The notes below the pieces were generated by a model. That model worked only from the letters and a program-made list of their open reading frames with translations. It searched no databases and was not told the DNA's origin. Of a stretch of DNA of 64,000 nucleotides, positions 43,830 through 54,712 are shown piece by piece. Origin of the DNA: Escherichia coli (GTDB lineage: Bacteria > Pseudomonadota > Gammaproteobacteria > Enterobacterales > Enterobacteriaceae); NCBI RefSeq assembly GCF_030013595.1, contig NZ_CP122768.1, one strand, 5' to 3'. Position numbers and translations under genes: made by a program. How positions within the stretch are numbered: position 1 is the stretch's first letter; each line of letters opens with the position of its first letter.

Positions 43830-46391
43830 TTACACCAGACTCTTCAAGCGATAAATCCACTCCAGCGCCTGACGCGGAGTCAGTGAATCCGGGTCGAGAT
43901 TTTCCAGTGCTTCGACCGCAGGCGAAGTTTCTTCTGGCACTGACAGCAAAGACATTTGCGTACCATCCACTTGCGTAGCGGCGGCGTTCGGCGAAATGCT
44001 TTCCAGCTCACGCAGTTTTTGCCGTGCGCGCTTAATAACCTCTTTTGGCACGCCGGCCAGAGCTGCAACCGCCAGGCCGTAGCTTTTGCTCGCTGCGCCA
44101 TCCTGCACGCTGTGCATAAAGGCAATGGTGTCGCCGTGCTCCAGTGCATCGAGATGCACGTTGGCGACGCCTTCCATTTTCTCCGGTAACTGGGTCAGCT
44201 CGAAATAGTGGGTAGCAAACAACGTCAACGCTTTAATCTTATTCGCCAGATTTTCCGCGCACGCCCACGCCAGCGACAGACCATCGTAAGTGGACGTTCC
44301 ACGCCCAATCTCATCCATCAGCACCAGACTGTACTCGGTGGCGTTATGTAAAATATTGGCGGTTTCGGTCATTTCCACCATAAAGGTTGAACGCCCGGAT
44401 GCCAGATCATCCGCTGCCCCTACGCGGGTAAAGATGCGATCGATAGGTCCAATCTTGACTTTTTGTGCCGGTACATAGCTGCCGATGTAGGCCATCAGCG
44501 CAATCAGTGCGGTCTGGCGCATATAGGTACTTTTACCGCCCATATTCGGACCGGTAATGATCAACATGCGACGCTGCGGCGACAGGTTCAGCGGGTTGGC
44601 GATAAACGGCTCATTCAGCACCTGTTCAACCACCGGATGGCGGCCTTCGGTGATGCGAATACCCGGTTTATCAATAAAGGTCGGGCAGGTGTAGTTCAGC
44701 GTATAGGCCCGTTCCGCCAGGTTCACCAGCACGTCGAGTTCCGCCAGCGCGCTCGCGCTCTGTTGCAACGCTTCCAGATGCGGCAACAGCAGGTCGAACA
44801 ACTCTTCATAAAGCTGTTTTTCCAGTGCCAGTGCTTTGCCTTTTGAAGTGAGAACTTTGTCTTCGTACTCTTTTAGCTCTGGAATAATGTAGCGCTCGGC
44901 GTTTTTCAGCGTCTGGCGACGCATGTAATTGATGGGTGCCAGATGGCTTTGTCCACGGCTGATCTGAATGTAATAACCATGAACCGCGTTAAAGCCGACT
45001 TTCAGGGTGTCCAGGCCAGTACGTTCACGCTCGCGGACTTCCAGACGCTCCAGATAATCGGTCGCGCCGTCAGCCAGCGCGCGCCACTCATCCAGCTCTT
45101 CGTTATAGCCCGATGCGATAACACCACCGTCGCGTACCAGCACTGGCGGTGTGTCGATGATTGCCCGCTCCAGCAGATCGCGCAGCTCGGCAAACTCGCC
45201 CATTTTTTCACGTAGCGCCTGTACCGGAGCGCTATCGACATTTTCTAACTGCGCACGCAGCTCCGGCAGTTGCTGGAAAGCGTGACGCATACGGGCCAGA
45301 TCGCGTGGGCGAGCAGTTCGTAAAGCCAGACGCGCCAGAATACGTTCCAGGTCGCCGACCTGACGCAGCACCGGCTGTAGCTCGGCGGTGAAATCCTGCA
45401 ATGCGCCAATAGTTTGCTGGCGCTCAAGCAACACGCGGGTATCGCGCACTGGCATATGCAGCCAGCGTTTCAGCATACGACTACCCATCGGCGTTACAGT
45501 GCAGTCGAGCACTGAAGCCAGCGTGTTTTCCGCACCGCCCGCCAGGTTCTGGGTAATTTCCAGGTTACGACGCGTCGCGGCATCCATAATGATGCTGTCC
45601 TGCTCACGTTCCATAGTGATAGAACGAATATGCGGCAGAGTCGTACGTTGGGTATCTTTCGCATACTGCAACAGACAACCGGCAGCACAAAGTCCGCGCG
45701 GCGCGTTCTCGACGCCAAAACCGACCAGATCGCGGGTGCCAAATTGCAGATTCAACTGCTGGCGCGCGGTGTCGATTTCAAACTCCCACAGCGGACGACG
45801 GCGCAGACCGCGACGACCTTCAATCAGCGACATCTCAGCAAAATCTTCTGCATATAGCAGTTCCGCCGGATTAGTGCGTTGCAGTTCTGCCGCCATCGTT
45901 TCCCGGTCAGCCGGTTCGCTCAGGCGAAAACGACCGGAACTGATATCCAGCGTCGCGTAGCCGAAACCTTTACTGTCCTGCCAGATAGCCGCCAGCAGAT
46001 TGTCCTGGCGCTCTTGTAACAGGGCTTCATCGCTGATGGTGCCTGGCGTAACGATACGCACAACTTTGCGCTCAACCGGACCTTTGCTGGTCGCCGGATC
46101 GCCAATTTGTTCGCAGATGGCAACGGACTCTCCCTGATTCACCAGTTTGGCGAGATAGTTTTCCACCGCATGGTAGGGGATCCCCGCCATCGGGATCGGC
46201 TCTCCCGCTGAAGCACCGCGTTTGGTCAGTGAAATATCCAGCAGCTGCGAGGCGCGTTTCGCGTCGTCATAAAACAGTTCGTAAAAGTCACCCATCCGAT
46301 AGAACAGCAGGATCTCGGGATGCTGGGCTTTCAGCTTGAGATACTGCTGCATCATTGGCGTATGGGCATCAAAATTTTCTATTGCACTCAT
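43830..46391 (-). CDS. mutS: DNA mismatch repair protein MutS
   Basis: 853-aa [43 protein letters not shown]..., Walker [10 protein letters not shown]. Confidence 0.98.
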   Translation of the reverse strand: MSAIENFDAHTPMMQQYLKLKAQHPEILLFYRMGDFYELFYDDAKRASQLLDISLTKRGASAGEPIPMAGIPYHAVENYLAKLVNQGESVAICEQIGDPATSKGPVERKVVRIVTPGTISDEALLQERQDNLLAAIWQDSKGFGYATLDISSGRFRLSEPADRETMAAELQRTNPAELLYAEDFAEMSLIEGRRGLRRRPLWEFEIDTARQQLNLQFGTRDLVGFGVENAPRGLCAAGCLLQYAKDTQRTTLPHIRSITMEREQDSIIMDAATRRNLEITQNLAGGAENTLASVLDCTVTPMGSRMLKRWLHMPVRDTRVLLERQQTIGALQDFTAELQPVLRQVGDLERILARLALRTARPRDLARMRHAFQQLPELRAQLENVDSAPVQALREKMGEFAELRDLLERAIIDTPPVLVRDGGVIASGYNEELDEWRALADGATDYLERLEVRERERTGLDTLKVGFNAVHGYYIQISRGQSHLAPINYMRRQTLKNAERYIIPELKEYEDKVLTSKGKALALEKQLYEELFDLLLPHLEALQQSASALAELDVLVNLAERAYTLNYTCPTFIDKPGIRITEGRHPVVEQVLNEPFIANPLNLSPQRRMLIITGPNMGGKSTYMRQTALIALMAYIGSYVPAQKVKIGPIDRIFTRVGAADDLASGRSTFMVEMTETANILHNATEYSLVLMDEIGRGTSTYDGLSLAWACAENLANKIKALTLFATHYFELTQLPEKMEGVANVHLDALEHGDTIAFMHSVQDGAASKSYGLAVAALAGVPKEVIKRARQKLRELESISPNAAATQVDGTQMSLLSVPEETSPAVEALENLDPDSLTPRQALEWIYRLKSLV

Positions 46392-46677
46392 GGGGTTATG
46401 TCCGGTTCCCTGATATTAAATGGGGTGTGATGGTTTTTATTTTCGTTGTAATCACATAAGGCGCACATGATACCGGAGTTAATCATTTCAGGGGAAGAAG
46501 CGAACGGCGAGTTCTTGATGGTGATTCCGCGAAAGATGCTGTTTTGCAGCTTTTGCGTGATGCTTATGAAGCAGGTACGCAAAATTGCGTCGGTTGAATA
46601 AACCTCCTCCTTCAGAGCCATAGTCCCCTTTCAAATTAAGTTGTAATATAAATACACCTTAAGAGTATGGAGGCAGC

Positions 46678-47022
46678 ATGTCCGGCAAGCGTATCTCTCG
46701 TGAAAAACTGACGATTAAAAAAATGATCGATCTTTATCAAGCGAAATGCCCGCAGGCGTCAGCGGAGCCGGAGCATTACGACGCGCTGTTTGCCTACGCG
46801 CAAAAGCGGCTGGATAAATGTGTGTTCGGCGAAGAGAAACCAGCCTGTAAGCAGTGTCCGGTGCACTGTTACCAGCCTGCAAAGCGTGAAGAGATGAAAC
46901 AGATTATGCGTTGGGCCGGGCCGAGAATGCTGTGGCGTCATCCGATCTTAACCGTGCGTCATCTCATCGATGACAAGCGTCCGGTGCCGGAGTTGCCAGA
47001 AAAATATCGTCCAAAGAAATAA
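46678..47022 (+). CDS. ygbA: Nitrous oxide-stimulated promoter family protein
   Basis: 114-aa ORF with CPQ...CKQCPVHCY Cys motifs; position next to mutS. Confidence 0.8.
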   Translation: MSGKRISREKLTIKKMIDLYQAKCPQASAEPEHYDALFAYAQKRLDKCVFGEEKPACKQCPVHCYQPAKREEMKQIMRWAGPRMLWRHPILTVRHLIDDKRPVPELPEKYRPKK

Positions 47023-47026
47023 ATCT

Positions 47027-47049
47027 GCCGGAGAGCCATACTCTCCGGC
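47027..47049. terminator. Hairpin between convergent ygbA and mop gene
   Basis: gccggagag-ccata-ctctccggc. Confidence 0.5.
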
Positions 47050-47060
47050 AAATAAGGCGT

Positions 47061-47489
47061 TTACGCTTTGGTGGCAATCAGGATGGCTGATGCTTTGATC
47101 AATGCAATAACGCGCGAGCCAGTGGTGAGTTTCATTTCATCCTGACTTTCATTTGTTACCACTGCCACAATTTCAAAACCCGCATCCGTTTTGATATGGA
47201 CAGTGGCGTTCACTGCGCCTTCGGTGATTGTCGACACGCTGCCAGCAAACTGGTTGCGAGCAGAGAATTTCAGTCCACAGTCTTCCGTTGCCAGCGTGAC
47301 CCACGGGGCTTTAATCAGGGCAATCGCTTCTTTCCCTTTTGCCAGACCCAGAGCCTGCTGGCTGCTGTGAGTCACAATTGCCACCAGCTTTGCACCACCT
47401 GCCAGCGTCAGTTCTACTTCATCATTCACAGCGCCCATTGCTACTGCGCTAACTGTTCCGGTTAATTGATTTCTTGCTGAAACTGCCAT
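47061..47489 (-). CDS. Molybdenum-pterin/molybdate-binding protein with two tandem Mop (TOBE) domains
   Basis: 142-aa MAVSARNQLTGTVSAV...IALIKAPWVTLATE and SARNQFAGSVSTI...IALIKASAILIATK internal duplication; AAGGAGG SD upstream of complement ATG 47489. Confidence 0.7.
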   Translation of the reverse strand: MAVSARNQLTGTVSAVAMGAVNDEVELTLAGGAKLVAIVTHSSQQALGLAKGKEAIALIKAPWVTLATEDCGLKFSARNQFAGSVSTITEGAVNATVHIKTDAGFEIVAVVTNESQDEMKLTTGSRVIALIKASAILIATKA

Positions 47490-47533
47490 ACTGCCTCCTT
47501 TCATTGAATGTTGATCGAGTATAACCACATCTG

Positions 47534-49612
47534 TTAAATCAATGCCGATTTATCAATTCCCAGCCGCTTCATCCGTGACAGCAGGGTCGTGCGTTTCAGC
47601 CCCAGACGTTGCGCAGCGCCTTTAGGCCCGGCAACCACGCCGTTGGTTTCTTTCAGCACGCGCACAATCAACTGATATTCATCTTCGCCCTCCTGGGCGA
47701 CAACCGTTGCGGCAGGCGGCGTTTCAGGCTCCGGTAAAGCAATATCTGGCAATGACAGCTGCAGCACGTTGCCGCGTGTTAGCAATACTGCGCGCTCAAT
47801 GACGTTTTCCAGTTCGCGTACGTTACCCGGCCACTCCATGTTGCTCAAGGTGCGCAGCGTCTCGGCAGGAATGCTGTCGATATTGCGCCCCAGACGACGG
47901 GCAATTTTGAAGGTAAAGGCTTTCGCCAGCAGCGGAATATCTTCCGGACGCTCGCGTAGTGGCGGCAGGTGAATCGGGAATACGTTCAGGCGGTAATAGA
48001 GATCGCTACGGAACTCTCGGTCGGCGACCATTTTTTTCAGATCGCGGTTAGTTGCGGCAATTAAACGTACGTCCGTCTGAATGATTTTGTTGCTGCCGAG
48101 ACGTTCAAACTCCTGTTCCTGCAATACACGCAGCAACTTCGGCTGTAACTCCAGTGGCATATCGCCCACTTCGTCGAGGAACAGAGAGCTTTTATCCGCC
48201 AGTTCAAAACGACCAATGCGCTGGGCGCTGGCACCGGTAAAAGCCCCACGCTCATGACCAAACAGATCGCTCTCCAGCAATCCGGCAGGCATCGCCGCGC
48301 AGTTCATTTTGACCATGCGGCGATTATTACGCCCACTGAGATTATGGATAGCACGGGCAATCAGCTCTTTACCCGTGCCAGTTTCACCGAGGATCAGCAC
48401 GGTACTGTCACTTTGCGCCACCATTTCAACTTGTTTAAGCACGCTGTACATGGCTTCGCTGCGGCCAATAATCTCGCCAAATTCACTATCAACATTGTTG
48501 AGCTGCTCGGTCAGGGCGAGGTTTTCATCAACCAGCCGTTCTTTCAGACGATGGATTTCCTGATAGGCGAGGGCGTTATCGACAGCGATTGCCACACGTT
48601 CGGCAATCTGGCGCAGTAAATTCAGATTGGTAGTGGTAAAGACTTTCTCTTCGCATTGCGCCAGTTTCAGCACGCCCAGCATGGTGTCGCCAGACATCAG
48701 CGGTAACAGGCACAAGGTTTGAATCTGGTTGCCCCAGGTGTCGAACAACATGCGTTCATAGGGGGCTAAATCGTCCCGCTCGTGGAGATTAATCAACAGC
48801 ATCTCTTTACTTTTGAAGACGCGTTCGGTGAGGGTTCCGGCTTCATCGACTTCGCTCTGTTCGTGGGCGGGATGCTGTTTATCAAGATAGTGAGTGGAGT
48901 AGATGTTGAGTTTGTTTTTACGGTGGCTGCGTAAGACGATGCTGATATCGTCAATGTCGAAGTAGTAATGGATTTCTTTGGCGACTTCGCTGACCAGTTC
49001 GTCCATATCCAGGCGGGAAAGCACCGCGTTGGTAATGGCAACCAGGATGCGGAAGTTATCGCGTTCCCGGCATAACAACTCATAGTCGACATTGTTAACG
49101 ACGCGGCTCTGGATTTGTTCGGTGACGACAGAAACGATCTGCGTAAATGTTTGCAGACGATTGAACTCTTTTTCGCTCCAGGGGCGATCGTCATAACGAA
49201 TAAATTCACAGCCACCAAAAATATGCCCTTCCGCCGCCAGTGGCATCAGGCAATAGTGACCAAATTTGGGGTATAGCCCACCTGCGGCCAGCTGCGGCCA
49301 GGTTTCACAAAATTCTTCGTAACTGCAATGCAGCGTATCAGGGCGCGACAAAATGCTGCGTACCGGACCGTGTGCCAGAACAGTTTCGTCTTCATATTTA
49401 ATGGGGGTGTCTTTTTCACGCGACGCGTAATAAGACGCACGTTGAGTCTGCGCTTGCCACAACACAATAGCCGCGTTGTCGGCGAGCGCAGAACGCTTTA
49501 CCAGTAGCGAAAGAGCCTCACACAGCGAGGCCAGATCGGGCTGCTGCAATAGTGTCCGAGTGATGTCGAACAACCCTTGTTGTCCGAGATCACTCATCGG
49601 TGTATATGACAT
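47534..49612 (-). CDS. fhlA: Formate hydrogenlyase transcriptional activator (sigma54-dependent, GAF + AAA+ + HTH)
   Basis: 692-aa MSYTPMSDLGQQGLFDITRTLLQQPDLASL..., sigma54-interaction motifs GETGTGKE and GAFTGA. Confidence 0.96.
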   Translation of the reverse strand: MSYTPMSDLGQQGLFDITRTLLQQPDLASLCEALSLLVKRSALADNAAIVLWQAQTQRASYYASREKDTPIKYEDETVLAHGPVRSILSRPDTLHCSYEEFCETWPQLAAGGLYPKFGHYCLMPLAAEGHIFGGCEFIRYDDRPWSEKEFNRLQTFTQIVSVVTEQIQSRVVNNVDYELLCRERDNFRILVAITNAVLSRLDMDELVSEVAKEIHYYFDIDDISIVLRSHRKNKLNIYSTHYLDKQHPAHEQSEVDEAGTLTERVFKSKEMLLINLHERDDLAPYERMLFDTWGNQIQTLCLLPLMSGDTMLGVLKLAQCEEKVFTTTNLNLLRQIAERVAIAVDNALAYQEIHRLKERLVDENLALTEQLNNVDSEFGEIIGRSEAMYSVLKQVEMVAQSDSTVLILGETGTGKELIARAIHNLSGRNNRRMVKMNCAAMPAGLLESDLFGHERGAFTGASAQRIGRFELADKSSLFLDEVGDMPLELQPKLLRVLQEQEFERLGSNKIIQTDVRLIAATNRDLKKMVADREFRSDLYYRLNVFPIHLPPLRERPEDIPLLAKAFTFKIARRLGRNIDSIPAETLRTLSNMEWPGNVRELENVIERAVLLTRGNVLQLSLPDIALPEPETPPAATVVAQEGEDEYQLIVRVLKETNGVVAGPKGAAQRLGLKRTTLLSRMKRLGIDKSALI

Positions 49613-49685
49613 TTTGTTCTTCCAGGAAAGCACCGCAAAGCGGTGCAAAAGGTCATTGACTAACTATAGGAGATTTAGAATTTTA

Positions 49686-50696
49686 TTAGCATATACGCGG
49701 TAACGGTTCGGCGTGTGGTAAATCGAGGGTTCGTTTCACGCCATACAGACCGGCAAGACGAACACCTTTACGTTCCACCACTTCACCAATCAGCGCCGCG
49801 TCTTTCCCCAGTGGATGGGAATGTAACGCTGCCAGCACTTGCTCTGCCGCGTTGCGTTCAACGGCGATCACCAGTTTGCCTTCGTTGGCAAAGTTAAGGG
49901 CGTCCAGTCCCAGCAGTTCGCAAACGCCGCGCACGGCTGGTTTAACCGGCAGTGCCGCTTCTGAAATTTCAATACCACAACCGCAGGCTGCCGCGAACTC
50001 ATGTACCACCGCGTTTACACCACCACGGGTGGCATCACGCAGCGCTTTCACGCTGGGAATGTCACGCAGCGTCTGAATAAGCGGCGTTAGTACCGCACAG
50101 TCGCTGACCAGTTCGCCATCCAGCCCCAGCTGCTCACGCAGGTTAAGGATAGTCGCCCCGTGATCGCCGAGCGTGCCGCTCACCAGCAATACATCGCCTG
50201 CGGTTAGCGTCTGTGCGCCCCAGTGAATATTCGCCGGAATTGCGCCCATGCCAGCGGTGTTGATAAACAGTTTATCTGCCGCGCCGCGCTGCACCACTTT
50301 AGTATCGCCAGTAACGATGGCAATGCCTGCCGCGCGGGCGGTTTCTGCCATGCTGGTCACTACGGCTTTCAGTGTCTCCATCGGCAATCCTTCTTCGAGG
50401 ATAAAGCCACAGGAGAGATAGCGTGGAATAGCGCCACTGACCGCAACGTCATTCGCGGTGCCGCAAATCGCCAGCTTGCCGATATTACCGCCAGGAAAGA
50501 ACAGCGGGTCAATGACGTAACTGTCGGTGGAGAATGCCAGACGATCGCCTTCCGCTACCAGCTGCGCCAGATCAAGACGGGCCTGATCTTCCTGTTCTGC
50601 CAGCCACGGGTTGGCAAAGGCTTCCATAAACAGGCTGTTGATTAATTGCTGCATCGCCTGGCCGCCGCTGCCGTGGGCGAGTTGGATATTATTCAC
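49686..50696 (-). CDS. hypE: Hydrogenase maturation carbamoyl dehydratase HypE
   Basis: 336-aa ORF ending ...PRIC. Confidence 0.95.
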   Translation of the reverse strand: MNNIQLAHGSGGQAMQQLINSLFMEAFANPWLAEQEDQARLDLAQLVAEGDRLAFSTDSYVIDPLFFPGGNIGKLAICGTANDVAVSGAIPRYLSCGFILEEGLPMETLKAVVTSMAETARAAGIAIVTGDTKVVQRGAADKLFINTAGMGAIPANIHWGAQTLTAGDVLLVSGTLGDHGATILNLREQLGLDGELVSDCAVLTPLIQTLRDIPSVKALRDATRGGVNAVVHEFAAACGCGIEISEAALPVKPAVRGVCELLGLDALNFANEGKLVIAVERNAAEQVLAALHSHPLGKDAALIGEVVERKGVRLAGLYGVKRTLDLPHAEPLPRIC

Positions 50697-51814
50697 GCTT
50701 CATTCTCCTGCTGACGATACTGATACCACGCGGCGCACGCTCCTTCGGAGGAGACCATCAGTGCACCAAATGCGGTTTGAGGATTACAGGTGTTACCAAA
50801 CAGCGGGCATTGATGCGGCTTACATTTGCCCGTTAATACTTCACCACAACGCGCGCGCGGGTCATCGCAGACCTGCTGCGGTGCCGGGCGGAAATGTGCT
50901 TCGGCATCGAATCGTTGATAATCCGGCGTCAGGTGCACGCCAGAAGATTCAATCACGCCTAAGCCACGCCATTCGCTGTCGCCGTTGACACAGAACACAT
51001 CAGCAATTGCCTGTTGCGCCAGCAGGTTACCGGCATCCGGCACCACCCGACGATACTGATTCTCTACCTTGCTGTGGGCCGCTATTTTCTGCTCCACCAG
51101 CATGACCACGCCTTGCAGTAGATCAAGGGGTTCGAAACCAGCGACCACCAGCGGACGATGAAAATCGCTGGCGATAAAATTATAGGCATCAGTGCCGATA
51201 ACCATACTAACGTGGCCCGGCGCGAGGAACGCGTCGATACCGTTATCCGGCTGTTCCAGCAAACTGCGCAGCGTCGGGATAAGCGTAATATGCTGGCAGA
51301 AGAAGTAAAAATTCTGCACATCGCGGGCTTTTGCCTGTTGCAGAGTGATGGCCGTCGTCGGCATGGTGGTTTCAAAACCTAAGCCGAAGAATACCACTTT
51401 ACGGGTTGGATTCTCCTGCGCCAGTTTCAACGCATCCATTGGCGAGTAAACGATGCGCACATCGGCACCGCGTGCTTTTGCCTGCAACAGCGATCCCTGT
51501 TTCCCCGGCACGCGCATGGCGTCGCCAAAGGTACAGAAGATGACTTCCGGATGGCTGGCAATCTCCACGCAGGTGTCGATTCTACCCATCGGCAGTACAC
51601 ACACCGGGCAACCGGGACCGTGGATAAACTCAACGTTTTCCGGCAGCAACTGATCGAGGCCGAATTTAAAAATGGCGTGGGTATGACCGCCACACACTTC
51701 CATAATCCGCAGAGGGCGTTCGGCGGTGTAAGAGAGATATGAAGCACGTTCGCGCAGATGCTCAATTAACTGCATCACCTGTTCCGGCGCGCGATATTCA
51801 TCAACAAAACGCAT
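50693..51814 (-). CDS. hypD: Hydrogenase maturation factor HypD
   Basis: 373-aa ORF with CGxH and CPVC motifs. Confidence 0.95.
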   Translation of the reverse strand: MRFVDEYRAPEQVMQLIEHLRERASYLSYTAERPLRIMEVCGGHTHAIFKFGLDQLLPENVEFIHGPGCPVCVLPMGRIDTCVEIASHPEVIFCTFGDAMRVPGKQGSLLQAKARGADVRIVYSPMDALKLAQENPTRKVVFFGLGFETTMPTTAITLQQAKARDVQNFYFFCQHITLIPTLRSLLEQPDNGIDAFLAPGHVSMVIGTDAYNFIASDFHRPLVVAGFEPLDLLQGVVMLVEQKIAAHSKVENQYRRVVPDAGNLLAQQAIADVFCVNGDSEWRGLGVIESSGVHLTPDYQRFDAEAHFRPAPQQVCDDPRARCGEVLTGKCKPHQCPLFGNTCNPQTAFGALMVSSEGACAAWYQYRQQENEA

Positions 51815-52086
51815 TATTTTTCCTCGCCATACAACAGCGCGCCGACATCTGGCTCAACGTCAAACATGTTTTGTAAGGCGTCGAGAGTGTCGCGTGCTTC
51901 GGCTTCATTAATTACGCTCATGGCAAAGCCAACGTGAACCAGTACCCACTGGCCTACGCGTGGCTGACCGTTTTCATCGCAGCTGCCGACTAACGTTAAA
52001 TCGACATCGCGCTGAATGCCGCAGACGTCGACTTTCGCCTGGTTGCCGTCAATGGTGCGGATCTGGCCGGGAACGCCTATGCACAT
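51814..52086 (-). CDS. hypC: Hydrogenase maturation chaperone HypC
   Basis: 90-aa [15 protein letters not shown]... Confidence 0.9.
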   Translation of the reverse strand: MCIGVPGQIRTIDGNQAKVDVCGIQRDVDLTLVGSCDENGQPRVGQWVLVHVGFAMSVINEAEARDTLDALQNMFDVEPDVGALLYGEEK

Positions 52087-52949
52087 CGCTGTGTCTCCAG
52101 CCAGTTCAGCCACTGGTCCATCCCTTCGCCGCTGGTGGCGGAAATAAGGATGATTTCAATTTCTGGATTGACTTCGCGGGCGCAGGCGATGCACTTCTCA
52201 ACGTCAAAGTTGAGATACGGCAGCAGGTCAACTTTGTTGAGCAGCATCAGTGAGGCGGCGGCAAACATATGCGGATATTTCAGCGGTTTGTCTTCACCTT
52301 CGGTAACGGAAAGCACCGCCACTTTGTGTTTTTCACCGAGATCGAAGCTGGCCGGGCACACGAGGTTGCCGACGTTTTCGATAAACAGAATACCGTTATC
52401 GTCCAGTGGCAGGCGCGGTGCGGCGTCGGCAATCATCTGTGCGTCAAGATGGCAGCCTTTACCGGTATTCACCTGAATCGCTGGTGTGCCGGTAGCGCGA
52501 ATGCGTGCGGCATCGTTCACGGTTTGCTGATCGCCTTCAATAACCGCGCACGGAACGCTGTCTTTCAGGCGCATTAAGGTTTCCGTCAGCAGGGTGGTTT
52601 TACCGGAACCAGGGCTGGAAACCAGGTTGAGCACCAGTTGCTTGCGGGCAGCAAAGCGCGCGCGGTTGCGTTCAGCCAGACGGTTATTTTTGTCCAGCAC
52701 GTCAATTTCGACTTCCAGCATCCGACGCTGGCTCATGCCCGGCGCGTGAGTACCCGCTTCGCCATGACCGTAATGCAGGTCGCCTTCTTCAGTCTGGCTG
52801 GGGGTAAATTCAGGCGCTTTAATGCCGGTGATTTTCATCTTCGGGCGTGCCGCCGGGGCAAATGGCGCGCTACGAAACGCGGAATGAGGGTTATGTTCAT
52901 CACCCTCGATATACAGGTTGCCTTCACCGCAACCGCATGTTGTACACAT
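52077..52949 (-). CDS. hypB: Hydrogenase nickel incorporation GTPase HypB
   Basis: 290-aa [10 protein letters not shown]... with G-domain GSGKTT. Confidence 0.95.
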   Translation of the reverse strand: MCTTCGCGEGNLYIEGDEHNPHSAFRSAPFAPAARPKMKITGIKAPEFTPSQTEEGDLHYGHGEAGTHAPGMSQRRMLEVEIDVLDKNNRLAERNRARFAARKQLVLNLVSSPGSGKTTLLTETLMRLKDSVPCAVIEGDQQTVNDAARIRATGTPAIQVNTGKGCHLDAQMIADAAPRLPLDDNGILFIENVGNLVCPASFDLGEKHKVAVLSVTEGEDKPLKYPHMFAAASLMLLNKVDLLPYLNFDVEKCIACAREVNPEIEIILISATSGEGMDQWLNWLETQRCA

Positions 52950-52952
52950 CGC

Positions 52953-53303
52953 TCACTCCTGGTCTATTTCTATCCGCCGAATCTGTAAACCGTCGTCTGC
53001 CACAATCTGTAGCATGTCACCATGACACTGTGGACAGCGGCGGACGCGCTGGGTCAGTAGCGTCACATACTGTTGGCATGTTTCACACCAGCATTCGGCC
53101 TCTTGTTCTTCGAGGTGCAGTTTACAACCTTCCGCCACGCTGCCGCGGCAAACCAGATCAAAACAAAAGGCAAGAGAGCTGGTTTCGACACAAGAAAATG
53201 CGCCAATTTTGAGCCAGACCCCAGTTACGCGTTTTGCGCCGTGTTTTGCGGCCTGCTGTTCGATCAATTCCAGTGCCCGTTGGCAGAGGGTTATTTCGTG
53301 CAT
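52953..53303 (-). CDS. hypA: Hydrogenase nickel insertion protein HypA
   Basis: 116-aa MHEITLCQRALELIEQQA..., CxxC...CxxC zinc site. Confidence 0.9.
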   Translation of the reverse strand: MHEITLCQRALELIEQQAAKHGAKRVTGVWLKIGAFSCVETSSLAFCFDLVCRGSVAEGCKLHLEEQEAECWCETCQQYVTLLTQRVRRCPQCHGDMLQIVADDGLQIRRIEIDQE

Positions 53304-53333
53304 ATCGCCTCCCATTAACTATTGCCAGCTACA

Positions 53334-53349
53334 AGCAATAATTGTGCCA
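53334..53349 (-). promoter_or_regulatory. Candidate sigma54 promoter for hyp operon (TGGCAC-N5-TTGCT on minus strand)
   Basis: Reverse complement of 53334..53349 reads tggcacaattattgct, the -24/-12 consensus; about 30 nt upstream of hypA ATG. Confidence 0.5.
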
Positions 53350-53462
53350 GTGTTGATTATCCCTGCGGTGAATAATGTCGATGATGTCGAAATGACACGT
53401 CGACACGGCGACGAAATTCATCTTTAGCTTAAAAATCGTTTTAATAACAATGAATTAAAAGT

Positions 53463-53478
53463 TGGCACAGAAAATGCT
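53463..53478 (+). promoter_or_regulatory. Candidate sigma54 promoter for hyc operon (TGGCAC-N5-ATGCT)
   Basis: tggcacagaaaatgct with GG-N10-GC spacing, about 37 nt upstream of hycA ATG. Confidence 0.5.
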
Positions 53479-53514
53479 TAAAGCTGGCATCTCTGTTAAA
53501 CGGGTAACCTGACA

Positions 53515-53976
53515 ATGACTATTTGGGAAATAAGCGAGAAAGCCGATTACATCGCACAGCGGCATCGTCGCCTACAGGACCAGTGGCACATCTACTGCAA
53601 TTCGCTGGTTCAGGGGATCACGTTATCGAAAGCGCGCCTGCATCACGCCATGAGCTGCGCGCCGGACAAAGAACTCTGTTTCGTCCTTTTTGAACATTTT
53701 CGCATTTACGTCACCCTGGCGGATGGCTTTAACAGCCACACCATCGAGTATTACGTCGAAACAAAAGATGGTGAAGACAAACAGCGGATTGCGCAGGCGC
53801 AACTGAGCATTGACGGCATGATTGATGGCAAGGTCAACATCCGCGATCGCGAACAGGTTCTGGAACACTATCTCGAAAAAATCGCTGGCGTTTACGACAG
53901 CTTATACACCGCCATTGAAAACAATGTGCCGGTGAATTTAAGCCAACTGGTAAAGGGACAAAGCCCGGCAGCATGA
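53515..53976 (+). CDS. hycA: Formate hydrogenlyase regulatory protein HycA
   Basis: 153-aa MTIWEISEKADYIAQRHRRLQDQWHIY... Confidence 0.9.
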   Translation: MTIWEISEKADYIAQRHRRLQDQWHIYCNSLVQGITLSKARLHHAMSCAPDKELCFVLFEHFRIYVTLADGFNSHTIEYYVETKDGEDKQRIAQAQLSIDGMIDGKVNIRDREQVLEHYLEKIAGVYDSLYTAIENNVPVNLSQLVKGQSPAA

Positions 53977-54100
53977 GCTGAGGCTTTGCCCGTTTTGCAG
54001 GCGTTACGCCTGTTTGGGGATGGGCGTGTCGATGAGTGTCGAAAATGACATTTCATCGGCATGTTTTCGTCAAAAATGACAATCACCTGAGGAATGCCTG

Positions 54101-54712
54101 GTGAATCGTTTTGTAATTGCTGACTCCACGCTCTGTATCGGCTGCCACACCTGTGAGGCCGCCTGTTCAGAGACGCATCGCCAGCACGGCCTGCAATCAA
54201 TGCCGCGCCTGCGAGTGATGCTCAATGAAAAAGAATCTGCGCCGCAGCTCTGTCACCACTGTGAAGATGCGCCCTGCGCGGTGGTCTGCCCGGTTAACGC
54301 CATCACCCGCGTTGATGGGGCCGTGCAGTTGAATGAAAGTCTGTGCGTAAGCTGCAAACTGTGCGGCATCGCCTGCCCGTTTGGCGCAATTGAATTTTCC
54401 GGCAGCCGTCCGCTGGATATTCCGGCAAACGCCAATACCCCGAAAGCGCCACCGGCACCGCCTGCTCCGGCGCGTGTCAGCACATTGCTTGACTGGGTGC
54501 CAGGTATTCGCGCGATCGCCGTCAAATGTGACCTTTGTAGCTTTGATGAACAAGGTCCGGCCTGCGTGCGGATGTGCCCGACTAAAGCCCTGCATCTGGT
54601 GGATAACACCGATATCGCCCGCGTCAGCAAACGTAAGCGTGAGCTGACTTTTAACACGGACTTTGGCGATCTCACCTTGTTTCAGCAGGCTCAAAGTGGA
54701 GAGGCTAAATGA
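54101..54712 (+). CDS. hycB: Formate hydrogenlyase 4Fe-4S ferredoxin subunit
   Basis: 203-aa ORF with four CxxCxxCxxxCP motifs. Confidence 0.95.
   Translation: MNRFVIADSTLCIGCHTCEAACSETHRQHGLQSMPRLRVMLNEKESAPQLCHHCEDAPCAVVCPVNAITRVDGAVQLNESLCVSCKLCGIACPFGAIEFSGSRPLDIPANANTPKAPPAPPAPARVSTLLDWVPGIRAIAVKCDLCSFDEQGPACVRMCPTKALHLVDNTDIARVSKRKRELTFNTDFGDLTLFQQAQSGEAK

Noticed and set aside
46388-46621. 77-aa minus-strand ORF upstream of mutS
   Set aside because: Lies in the mutS/ygbA divergent promoter region and overlaps the mutS start; no support as a separate gene.
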